A stretch of 63,975 nt of DNA, the filler included, from an uncultured bacterium (GTDB lineage Bacteria; CAYJOG01), in the NCBI GenBank assembly GCA_964371695.1. It is 13 parts of 13 records of this genome, joined end to end, with 100 filler letters (N's around TTAATTAATTAA, not from the genome) between each part and the next. Parts side by side here need not be neighbours in the genome. Positions count along the whole stretch, not along the records: positions 25,187 to 30,064 come from CAYJOG010000254.1; positions 30,165 to 35,008 come from CAYJOG010000255.1; positions 35,109 to 39,943 come from CAYJOG010000256.1; 10 more parts are not named here. The stretch is one strand, 5' to 3'. Below the pieces are notes generated by a model. The model ran no database searches. It was not told the DNA's origin and saw nothing but the letters and a program-made list of their open reading frames with translations. Of the stretch, positions 27,818-35,592 are shown in pieces (position 1 is the first letter of the stretch; every line of letters begins with the position of its first letter). A program made the position numbers and the translations under genes.

Positions 27818-28914
27818 AATATGTGTCGGATTTTCAGGACGTGCCCCGCATGAAAGCGCTGCTGGGGGAACTGCACCGCACCGTCACGCGGCCCTGGAAC
27901 GTCATGGAAATCTGTGGCGGTCAGACCCACAACCTCATGCGCCACGGCCTGTTGTCGCTGCTGCCTGAGAATCTCTCGCTGGTGCATGGCCCCGGCTGCC
28001 CGGTGTGCGTGACAGATCAGTCTCTGGTGGACACGGCCATGCACATGGCGCAACTGCCAGACGTGATTTTCTGCACCTTTGGCGACATGGTGCGGGTGCC
28101 CGGCAGCACGAGCGATCTGGCGCTGGTGCGTGCCCGCGGGGCCGATGTGCGGGTGGTGGAATCGGTGCTGGAAAGCCTGACACTGGCCCGCCAGCACCCC
28201 GAAAAAACCGTGGTGTTTTTTGGCATCGGTTTTGAAACCACGGCCTGCACCTTTGCCCAGGCGCTTGATGCCGCCCACGCTCAGGGCCTGACCAACTGGC
28301 TGCTTTTTTTGTGCTCGGTGCGCGTGCCCCCGGCCATGGAGGCGCTGCTGAGTGACCCGGAAAACCGTTTGCAGGGATTTCTGGCGGCGGGGCATGTGTG
28401 TACGGTGCAGGGACTGAAGGAATATGAACCGGTGGTGGCGCGTTTTGGCGTGCCGGTGGTGGCCACGGGGTTTGAGCCGGTGGACCTGCTCTATGGCCTG
28501 CTGCTGGCAGCGCGGCAACTGGAATCGGGCCGGGCGCTGCTGGAAAACGCCTATGACCGCTGCGTGAAGCCACAGGGCAACGAACGGGCACTGGCGCTGG
28601 TGGAAAAATGTTTTGAGCCGGTGGACCGTCCGTGGCGGGGCATGGGGGTGCTGCCCCGGTCGGGCCTGGGCATTCGCCCGGCGTTTGCCGCCCACGACGC
28701 CCTGGTGCAGCTTGGCCCGCGCCTGCCACAGGCCCAGGTGGTGACCGACAACGGCTGCCAGAGCGGCCTGGTGCTGATGGGCCGCATGCGGCCTAATCAG
28801 TGCCCCCATTTTGGCCGCGCCTGCACACCGCTGAACCCCCTGGGAGCCACCATGGTGAGCAGCGAAGGGGCGTGTCAGGCGTATTACCAATACACCAGCC
28901 GGGCGGCGGTGTGA
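27814..28914 (+). CDS. hypD: Hydrogenase maturation protein HypD
   Basis: CGGQTH, GPGCPVC, GFETT, MVSSEGAC. Confidence 0.97.
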   Translation: MKYVSDFQDVPRMKALLGELHRTVTRPWNVMEICGGQTHNLMRHGLLSLLPENLSLVHGPGCPVCVTDQSLVDTAMHMAQLPDVIFCTFGDMVRVPGSTSDLALVRARGADVRVVESVLESLTLARQHPEKTVVFFGIGFETTACTFAQALDAAHAQGLTNWLLFLCSVRVPPAMEALLSDPENRLQGFLAAGHVCTVQGLKEYEPVVARFGVPVVATGFEPVDLLYGLLLAARQLESGRALLENAYDRCVKPQGNERALALVEKCFEPVDRPWRGMGVLPRSGLGIRPAFAAHDALVQLGPRLPQAQVVTDNGCQSGLVLMGRMRPNQCPHFGRACTPLNPLGATMVSSEGACQAYYQYTSRAAV

Positions 28915-29041
28915 GGTCATGGATGACCGCTTCCGAAAACCGGCGTGTTGAAAACACACAGGTTTTTGTTCCGCCAAGGGGGCTTTGCCCCCGAAGGCGT
29001 TGGGGTTTATAAAGTCCAGGAGGGACTTTATAAACAGATTC
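28913..29041. mobile_element. Partial copy (right part) of the multi-hairpin MITE
   Basis: Collinear with 20388-20514; ends AAACAGATTC. Confidence 0.75.
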
Positions 29042-29102
29042 AAAGGCCCTGAGTGGGCGGTTTTGGAAAACCGCCGGAGCGTGGAATAATGGGCGTGAGC
29101 TT

Positions 29103-29175
29103 AGGGGTGTAGCTCAATTGGTAGAGTACCGGTCTCCAAAACCGGGTGTTGCAGGTTCGAGTCCTGTCACCCCTG
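29103..29175 (+). tRNA. tRNA-Trp (CCA anticodon)
   Basis: Acceptor AGGGGTG/CACCCCT, D-arm AGCTCAATTGGTAGAG, anticodon arm CCGGT-CT-CCA-AA-ACCGG, T-loop TTCGAGT; 3' CCA not cleanly encoded (GCCCA). Confidence 0.97.
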
Positions 29176-29214
29176 CCCAACAAAAAACCCCCGCCCGGGG
29201 GTTTTTTGTTGGGC
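29175..29214. terminator. Long perfect hairpin / bidirectional terminator after the tRNA
   Basis: gcccaacaaaaaaccccc-gccc-gggggttttttgttgggc, 18-bp perfect stem. Confidence 0.8.
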
Positions 29215-29267
29215 AAGAACGAGGCGGGTTATTGCTTGCCCAACAAAAGACCCCATCGTTCCCCGCC

Positions 29268-29293
29268 GTCATTCCCGCGAAAGCGGGAATCCA
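29268..29293 (+). repeat. GTC-type palindromic repeat (GTCATTCCCGCGAAAGCGGGAATCC)
   Basis: Identical copies at 59700-59724 and 61540-61564; inverted variant at 59828-59852. Confidence 0.85.
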
Positions 29294-29520
29294 GTCAAAA
29301 TATAAAGACAAAGCCTTCTTTGGTTCTTTTGCTTTCGTTTCCATGCCACAGGCGGGACGCCCGTGGCTACTTCAGCAGCATCAGAAAACAGATACCCCCC
29401 AGATTCAACCCGTGCGGCGTTCGAGGGAACGACACCACAAACACTGCCAAGCCCCGTTGACACAACTGGTTTATCCTCTTTGGGCTGTTCCTGAACAGGC
29501 GGCGAGAAAGGACTTCACCG

Positions 29521-29967
29521 GTGCAAGACCCCTCTGCCCATCACCACGCTTTGGAACAGATGTATCTCGGCGCACCCATCAACGCCCAGATTTTCAAACC
29601 CCGCATCCTTATTTCGGCGGGCCGGGCTGAGGTGGAGATTGACGTGGAGGAGCGGTTTTTTCATGCCGCCCACGCGGTGCATGGGGCCGTTTATTTCAAG
29701 CTGCTGGATGACGCGGCGTTTTTTGCCGCCAACTCGCTGGAGCCGATGTTTTTTGTGCTCACCAGCGCGTTCACCACTTATCTGACACGGCCTGTTTCCA
29801 CCGGCCTGATGAAGTCGGTGGGACAGGTGGTGCAGACCAGCAAGTCGCAGTTCATCGCCGAGTCGGTGGTGTATGACCACCAGGGCAAAGAGGCCGGGCG
29901 GGGCAGCGGCATTTTTGTGCGCAGCAAAATGCCCCTTTCGGCGGACATGGGTTATGTGCTGAGCTGA
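29521..29967 (+). CDS. PaaI-family hotdog thioesterase
   Basis: FHAAHAVHGAVYFKLLDDAAFFA. Confidence 0.9.
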   Translation: MQDPSAHHHALEQMYLGAPINAQIFKPRILISAGRAEVEIDVEERFFHAAHAVHGAVYFKLLDDAAFFAANSLEPMFFVLTSAFTTYLTRPVSTGLMKSVGQVVQTSKSQFIAESVVYDHQGKEAGRGSGIFVRSKMPLSADMGYVLS

Positions 29968-30164
29968 TTGGCAGGGCGTTACAAAACACCCTGCCGACGA
30001 TGTCTTTTCTAGAGCATTTTCGGAGTAGACGTGGACGCAATAAGCGCTTTTTTTCTTGCCCTCTNNNNNNNNNNNNNNNNNNNNNNNNNNNNNNNNNNNN
30101 NNNNNNNNTTAATTAATTAANNNNNNNNNNNNNNNNNNNNNNNNNNNNNNNNNNNNNNNNNNNN

Positions 30165-30451
30165 TCAATCAGCCACACCTCGGCAGCGCGGCGTTTGTTT
30201 TTGGGCGCGAGAGGCGGGGCGGGATAGGTGGCTTCGAGATAGACCAGGATTTCGGTGCTGTCGTGAATGGTCTGGCCGTTGTCTTCCAGCAGGGGCACCT
30301 GCCGCTGACCGCTTAGGCGCAGCACTTCCAGTTGCGTCATGGGCAGATAGTTTTTCACCTTCACCGGCAGGCCCTTGCGCGCCAGCGCGAGCCGCGCCTT
30401 CATGGCGTAATGCGAAAAAGAGAACTGGTGCAAAACACGTTCCTGACTCAT
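30165..30451 (-). CDS. Glutathione S-transferase family protein, 3' truncated
   Basis: S.YAMKARLAL..KG, QVP.L...G..IHDS.EI..YLE. Confidence 0.9.
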
Positions 30452-30514
30452 GGGGGCCTCTGGCAAAGGTTAGCACCGAAGCCCTTCAAAAGAAAAAAGT
30501 AAACTGGGGCTGAG

Positions 30515-30943
30515 GTGACCCTGCGGTATTCAAAAATCGAGCAACTGGCCCATGCCCGACTCAGGCGGGGAGAAGAAGCCCGCACCCTGCTGAAAAATGG
30601 TCATTTTCATGGTGCGGTTTATCTGAAAGGGTATGAGCTGGAATGCGTGCTCAAGGTTTGCCTGATGCGCCTGACCGGAACAGGAAGCCTGGAAGACCTG
30701 AGCGGCGCGCTGGGATTGAGGCAGCCGCAATTTAACCGCCGCCTGCACGACCTTTCGTTTTTCTGGGAACACGTCAAACGCCGCAGCAGGCTTTCGCCCG
30801 CCGAGGTGAACACACTTCACGACGCCCTCCTCCGCTGCGGTTGCTGGTCGGTGGAAATGCGTTATTCCCCAAGCCGGGGCAATCGCCACGATGCAGAAGC
30901 ATTTTTCCGCCATGCTGATAGAATTATTGACAAGCTTGGATAA
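30515..30943 (+). CDS. HEPN-domain protein
   Basis: EA..LL..G...GAVYL.GY.LE..LK, HDL, W...MRY, A..F: pattern of small all-helical HEPN proteins. Confidence 0.75.
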   Translation: MTLRYSKIEQLAHARLRRGEEARTLLKNGHFHGAVYLKGYELECVLKVCLMRLTGTGSLEDLSGALGLRQPQFNRRLHDLSFFWEHVKRRSRLSPAEVNTLHDALLRCGCWSVEMRYSPSRGNRHDAEAFFRHADRIIDKLG

Positions 30944-30969
30944 CCAGAAGCCGGTGACAAAAGAGGTGG

Positions 30970-31290
30970 GTGATGGAAAAAACCGGGTTGGAAAAAAAGA
31001 TCAGGCAAGCGCTGAGCAGCGATTTTGACCCCCTGAAGCTGATGCTCCGCCGCGACCACCTCACCGGCAACTGGCGGGTGACGCTGGTGGACAACCGTTT
31101 CAAGGTGGGACGGCCTGTGCTCAACACTGGCCTATTGTGGGAATCCCTGAAAAACCGTCTTTCGGCAGAAGAACAACTTGGGATTGATCTGGTGATGGGA
31201 TTTCACCCGGAAGAATGGCGCGAACTGATGGAAAAACCCAGAAGCGCGGGACGGGCAACACCCGTCAAAAAAACCAAAGCTTCGGCCTGA
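30970..31290 (+). CDS. Small hypothetical protein, BolA/KH-like pattern; putative partner of the HEPN protein
   Basis: RBS AAGAGG; LE.KIRQAL...RV.LVD.RF.....LW..L...L...I.....HPEEW. Confidence 0.6.
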   Translation: MMEKTGLEKKIRQALSSDFDPLKLMLRRDHLTGNWRVTLVDNRFKVGRPVLNTGLLWESLKNRLSAEEQLGIDLVMGFHPEEWRELMEKPRSAGRATPVKKTKASA

Positions 31291-31410
31291 TACCACACAC
31301 AGGGCGCGACCTTGGCTCGTGGGCGAAATGGTGTTTTTCTGCAAGTGTTTGGCGTGAATTATGCGCCGCCATTTTGAGCAGCCTGCTGAAGCGGATAAAG
31401 TACCCGCTCC

Positions 31411-32970
31411 ATGTCCTTCGCCCTGAAAACCCCGCTGCAAGTCGAGGACTGTTTCCTCACCGGCCCGCCCCGCGTGCGGCTGACACGGGCGTTTGACAAA
31501 CCCTTCCAGAACGTGGTGGACACGGCCCGCACCTGTTACAGCGCCGGGGGAATCGTGGAGGGCAGCGAGGGTTACGAATCCCTGGCCAAAAGCATTTATC
31601 AGGCGGGCCACCACACCACCTTTCAGCACCCCACCTTTCAGTTCGCCATCGAAAACATCAGCCGCCACTGCCTGTGGAGTTTTTTGCACGCCCACACTTT
31701 TTATAACAGCGAGCAGGTGTCGCAGCGCTACGTCAAGGTCAAGGCGGGGCACTTTGTCACGCCGCGCCTGAGCGGTGAAGCGGCCAGTGTTTATGCGGGC
31801 GCGATCGAGGCCGCCCAGGCCAGTTATACCCGCCTGACCAAGCTGCTGTTTGGCGTGGCCCAGGCAGAATATTTCCGCCTTTTTCCAGCCCGGGGCCGTG
31901 CGCCCGAAGAATGGAAAAGCACCATTCGCAAGCGCTGTTATGAAACCGCCCGTTATGTGCTGCCCGTGGCCACCACGGCTTATCTCTATCACACGGTGAG
32001 CGGCCTCACGCTGCTACGTTATGTGCAACTGTGCCAGTCGGGCGACACACCCGCCGAAAGCCGCCTGCTGGCCCAGGCCATGCTGGCGGAGTTGCTGAAA
32101 CACGACCCCTCGTTTGCGGCGGTGCTGGAACATCCCCTGCCCGCCCAGGACCTGCCGGAGCATCAGGCCCTGGCCACGCTGGGGCAGGCCACCGAAGATT
32201 GGCGGCGCGAAACAGACACCCGCCTGAGCGGACGTTTGGCCGTGCTGGTGAGTGAAGCCGCGGGCCAGGAACGCCTGCTGGCGGACAGCGTGCGCCTGCT
32301 GCTGGGTGTGGGCGCGGGGCAGTTGAGCGACGAAGGGGCCATCCGTCTGGCGCTCGACCCGGCCCAAAACCACGTGTTGGGCCAGACGTTGAACCTCAGC
32401 AGCCACCACCAGCTCAGCCGGTGCTTAAGCCACGTGCATTACGTGTTCCTCAAAAAAATCAGCCACACCGCAGACAGCCAGAACCAGCGCCACCGCATGA
32501 CCCCCGCCAGCCGCCCCGTGGTGGCCCGGCACCTGGGCGAGGCCCCCGATTACGCCACCCCCCGTCTGCTGCTCGAAGACGAAAAGGCGCACAAGGAATA
32601 CTCTCAGGCCATGTCCCGCGCCTGGGAGGCCATGCACCGCCTGCGCGCCCTGGACGTGGAAGAACAGTGGGTGCAATATCTGCTGCCCAACGCCGTGAAC
32701 CTGCGGTTTTATGAATCGGCGGACCTGCTGAACCTGCGACACAAACACGTGATGCGGCTGTGTTATAACGCCCAGGAGGAAATCTGGCAGGCCAGTGTGG
32801 ACGAAGCCGCGCAGATCCGCGCCGCCAACCCGCTCATCGGCCAGTTTCTGCTGCCCCCCTGCGGCGTGCGCCACCTGGCCCGGCAAAAACCCGTGTGCCC
32901 CGAAGGCAGCCGTTATTGCGGTGTGCGGGTGTGGAAGCTGGACCTGAGTGAATATCAGCGGGTGTTGTAG
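31411..32970 (+). CDS. thyX: FAD-dependent thymidylate synthase, tandem two-domain form
   Basis: ARTCY, GH.TTF.H..F.F.I..ISR, SQRYV, ARYVLP (domain 1); H..Y.F...ISH, QRHR, YLLPN, R.C..AQ.EI, CPEG..YCG (domain 2). Confidence 0.88.
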   Translation: MSFALKTPLQVEDCFLTGPPRVRLTRAFDKPFQNVVDTARTCYSAGGIVEGSEGYESLAKSIYQAGHHTTFQHPTFQFAIENISRHCLWSFLHAHTFYNSEQVSQRYVKVKAGHFVTPRLSGEAASVYAGAIEAAQASYTRLTKLLFGVAQAEYFRLFPARGRAPEEWKSTIRKRCYETARYVLPVATTAYLYHTVSGLTLLRYVQLCQSGDTPAESRLLAQAMLAELLKHDPSFAAVLEHPLPAQDLPEHQALATLGQATEDWRRETDTRLSGRLAVLVSEAAGQERLLADSVRLLLGVGAGQLSDEGAIRLALDPAQNHVLGQTLNLSSHHQLSRCLSHVHYVFLKKISHTADSQNQRHRMTPASRPVVARHLGEAPDYATPRLLLEDEKAHKEYSQAMSRAWEAMHRLRALDVEEQWVQYLLPNAVNLRFYESADLLNLRHKHVMRLCYNAQEEIWQASVDEAAQIRAANPLIGQFLLPPCGVRHLARQKPVCPEGSRYCGVRVWKLDLSEYQRVL

Positions 32971-33427
32971 TTCATTCGATTTGAATTGGTATTACAGGAG
33001 TAGCGGCAGTGTCCACACCGCCGTGAAGGGCAAAAACCCTTGATTTTGTTTTGGTTGTGGCGCGACGGGGGCGTCGCGCCTACTCATGTTAGGTTTTTTG
33101 TTGCCCCGGCCGGGCGGCCGGGGAGCTTGCGCGGAAACACACCTAAGTCAGCGGACTNNNNNNNNNNTTTTGGTTGTGGCGCGAGGGGGGCGTCGCGCCT
33201 ATTGCTGTTTGGTTTTTGGTCGCCCGGGGGTCGCGCGGGTATAAAAAAAACCGCCGCAGGCGGCACCAAACAGGTTTTTTTCAGGTAAATATTGAGAAGA
33301 GTCTGCAATGTGCGCGCCTCTGGCGCGGTTAATGCTCCCGGCGAGACGCCGGGGCTACGTTAAAAAATCCCTGTAATTCCTCAACTTTTTTCTCTAACCT
33401 AACCGCAATGGACACCGCACCTACTCC
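32970..33427. repeat. Composite of nested REP-like elements containing a 10-N scaffold gap
   Basis: Outer ends match the 22528-22626 family; 33225-33358 is a reverse-complement homolog of 40845-40985. Confidence 0.7.
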
Positions 33428-33492
33428 TTTTTTTGCGCAGTCATCCTGCCTGCACGGCAAAATTCAATCCTGAAGCAACAGAACCCCCCGCC

Positions 33493-34116
33493 TCATTCCT
33501 GCGGCGAACTGGCGGCGGGCTGGGGCATGGGGGTCTCCACCAGGCCGAACATCTGCAACCGGCGCACTTCTTCGGCAATCTGTTCGGGCGGCAGCGGCAG
33601 GCCGTTCACCGCACACTCATAAATGACCTTTTCGATCATGCCCACCAGGGCATAGGCCCCAATGGTGGGGTTCACGTTGCGCGTGTTGCCCGACGCGATG
33701 CCCCGGCGGATGTCCGCCTCCACCTTGGCGTAGACAAAAGAGTAAAACTCTCGCAGGCGGCGTTCCGATTCTTCGTCCAGGCCGCTGGCCTCGCGAAAGA
33801 AAATGCGCGCCAGGTCGCCGTTTTTCACAAAATGCTGGGTGAGCGCGAGGGCCATGTCGCGGTAATGCACGGCGTCGGGCTGGGCCAGCAGAATGCTTTT
33901 CAGCTCCCCCAGAAAAGAATCCAGAATTTCATAAAACGCGCCTTTTTTGTCGGAGAAATAAAGGTAAAACGTGCCCTGGGCCACACCGGCTTCTTTCACG
34001 ATGTCACTCACGGCGGCGCCGTGAAACCCGTGTGTGGCAAACACCTTGCGGGCCGCCTTCAGCAGGTCGTCGCGGCGCTGCTCCTGACGTTTGTTGAGTT
34101 TGCCGGGGGTTTTCAC
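33493..34116 (-). CDS. TetR/AcrR family transcriptional regulator
   Basis: LL.AA..VF...GF....VSDI..EAGVAQGTFYLYF.DK. Confidence 0.95.
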   Translation of the reverse strand: MKTPGKLNKRQEQRRDDLLKAARKVFATHGFHGAAVSDIVKEAGVAQGTFYLYFSDKKGAFYEILDSFLGELKSILLAQPDAVHYRDMALALTQHFVKNGDLARIFFREASGLDEESERRLREFYSFVYAKVEADIRRGIASGNTRNVNPTIGAYALVGMIEKVIYECAVNGLPLPPEQIAEEVRRLQMFGLVETPMPQPAASSPQE

Positions 34117-34292
34117 GGGCCTTTACTTTATCAGAGCCTGTTTTAAAAAGCCCCCGTCCTCAGTGGACCCATCGGGTTACGCCCCACCAAGGTCGTTTTT
34201 GTTGACCGACTGAATGGATGTCTGTGATTTTCCCGGCTTTTGGTTATCATCCCCTTCCAACCGGGTAATCCTCTCCCGGCCAGAAACCCGTC

Positions 34293-34601
34293 ATGACCCT
34301 CTCACCGCCCCGACTGGAACGCCTGCCCGATGACAACACGGTGCTGCACCTTGAGGGCGACATCACGGTGGAGTTTTTGGCGGCATACAAGGATTCGTGC
34401 CTGCTGGCCTGCGAGGGTGGGCGGGTGGTGCTGGACCTCACGGGCTGCCACCATCTGGACAGCTCCGGCCTGGGCCTGCTGGTGTCCATGAACCGCAAAC
34501 AGAAAGCAGCGGGGGGCGACGTGGCCATCACCAACGTGCCCGCCCACCTGCACCAGTTGTTTGAAAAAACCCGCCTGCTGGACCTGTTTGTGGTGATTTG
34601 A
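34293..34601 (+). CDS. STAS domain anti-sigma factor antagonist
   Basis: L.GDI, VVLDL....LDSSGLG.LV, LFE.TRL..LF. Confidence 0.93.
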   Translation: MTLSPPRLERLPDDNTVLHLEGDITVEFLAAYKDSCLLACEGGRVVLDLTGCHHLDSSGLGLLVSMNRKQKAAGGDVAITNVPAHLHQLFEKTRLLDLFVVI

Positions 34602-34638
34602 AACCTGGGCCTGTCTGGCGGGGTTAGAATCCTTTTCC

Positions 34639-34956
34639 ATGTCTGTGCAAGGACCGATTCTTCAAGTCGTCAGCCGCACGTTTGATCTTTATTTCGCCAT
34701 CATGCTGGTGCGGATTCTGATGTCGTTTTTTCCGCAGGTGCGGGCCAACCCCACGGGCTACAAGGTGGCGCGGCTTGTCGAAGAGGCCACCGACCCCATC
34801 TGGCAACCCGCCCGGCAGCTTTATTTCATGATTCTCGAAGCCTTCAAAATCAATCCCTATCAACTGCCCCTGGACTTCAGCCCGTTTTTGGCCTTCTTTT
34901 TTGTGCGGGTGGTGCAAAACATCGTGATCACCATCCTGACCCTGATTTTGCCTTGA
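34639..34956 (+). CDS. yggT: YggT family membrane protein
   Basis: LVRILMS.F, TDP...P.R, LDFSP. Confidence 0.9.
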   Translation: MSVQGPILQVVSRTFDLYFAIMLVRILMSFFPQVRANPTGYKVARLVEEATDPIWQPARQLYFMILEAFKINPYQLPLDFSPFLAFFFVRVVQNIVITILTLILP

Positions 34957-35286
34957 TGTGTTGTCGTTTTAGAGTATTTTCGGGATGGGTCAGACATCGC
35001 CTGAAAACNNNNNNNNNNNNNNNNNNNNNNNNNNNNNNNNNNNNNNNNNNNNTTAATTAATTAANNNNNNNNNNNNNNNNNNNNNNNNNNNNNNNNNNNN
35101 NNNNNNNNGATCTGTGTCGCGGTCGCGGCCTTATTCTTTTTCCAACTTCCAGCCGCCAACTTCCTTCCTCCAGCCTTCTGTTAATGTCTTGTTATACCAG
35201 TTCCACCAATCGTGCAAAATGGGGCTTGCGGAGCGGACTTTAGGAATATGGACCGGGGTTGGGAGAGGGGTTGGGGGGGCCAAAAA

Positions 35287-35370
35287 GGCCCATATCTAGA
35301 CTTTTGCCTGCCACAAAATGGCGCATCTTGGGTTTTTTTTCACTTGCATGAAGATTTGCGTGTGTATAAT
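35287..35370 (+). promoter_or_regulatory. nrdJ promoter with candidate tandem NrdR boxes
   Basis: CCATATCTAG (35290-99) and weaker GCGCATCTTG (35321-30) 31 bp apart; perfect TATAAT at 35365-70. Confidence 0.45.
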
Positions 35371-35592
35371 GCGCTTGCTTTTCCAGCACAGGGATGTTGT
35401 CCCGCCCGCTGGTCAGGCCTGTGTTCTTTGGCCGACAGGGCCACCAATACGGGTCACCAGGAACAGGGGGTAAGGGGGGATTTTGTCTAAAAACAGGCTT
35501 CTTCGCCCCTCTGCCGCCGCGCTCCATCTTCATCAAAACCCAATCAAACCCAGCCCCCACTTCACCGCCACCCAAAGGAGCCACACCCGACA

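Noticed and set aside
29103..29520. Integrative element at tRNA-Trp
   Set aside because: No integrase and no duplicated tRNA 3' end within the contig
29114..29630. ORFs overlapping tRNA-Trp and containing IPAFAGMT/VIPAKAGI peptides (also 59672-59930, 61478-61782)
   Set aside because: Translations of tRNA and palindromic repeats, not proteins
33045..33240. Direct duplication ttttggttgtggcgcga..ggggcgtcgcgccta around 33158-33167
   Set aside because: Flanks a 10-N scaffold gap inside repeat DNA; may be an assembly overlap
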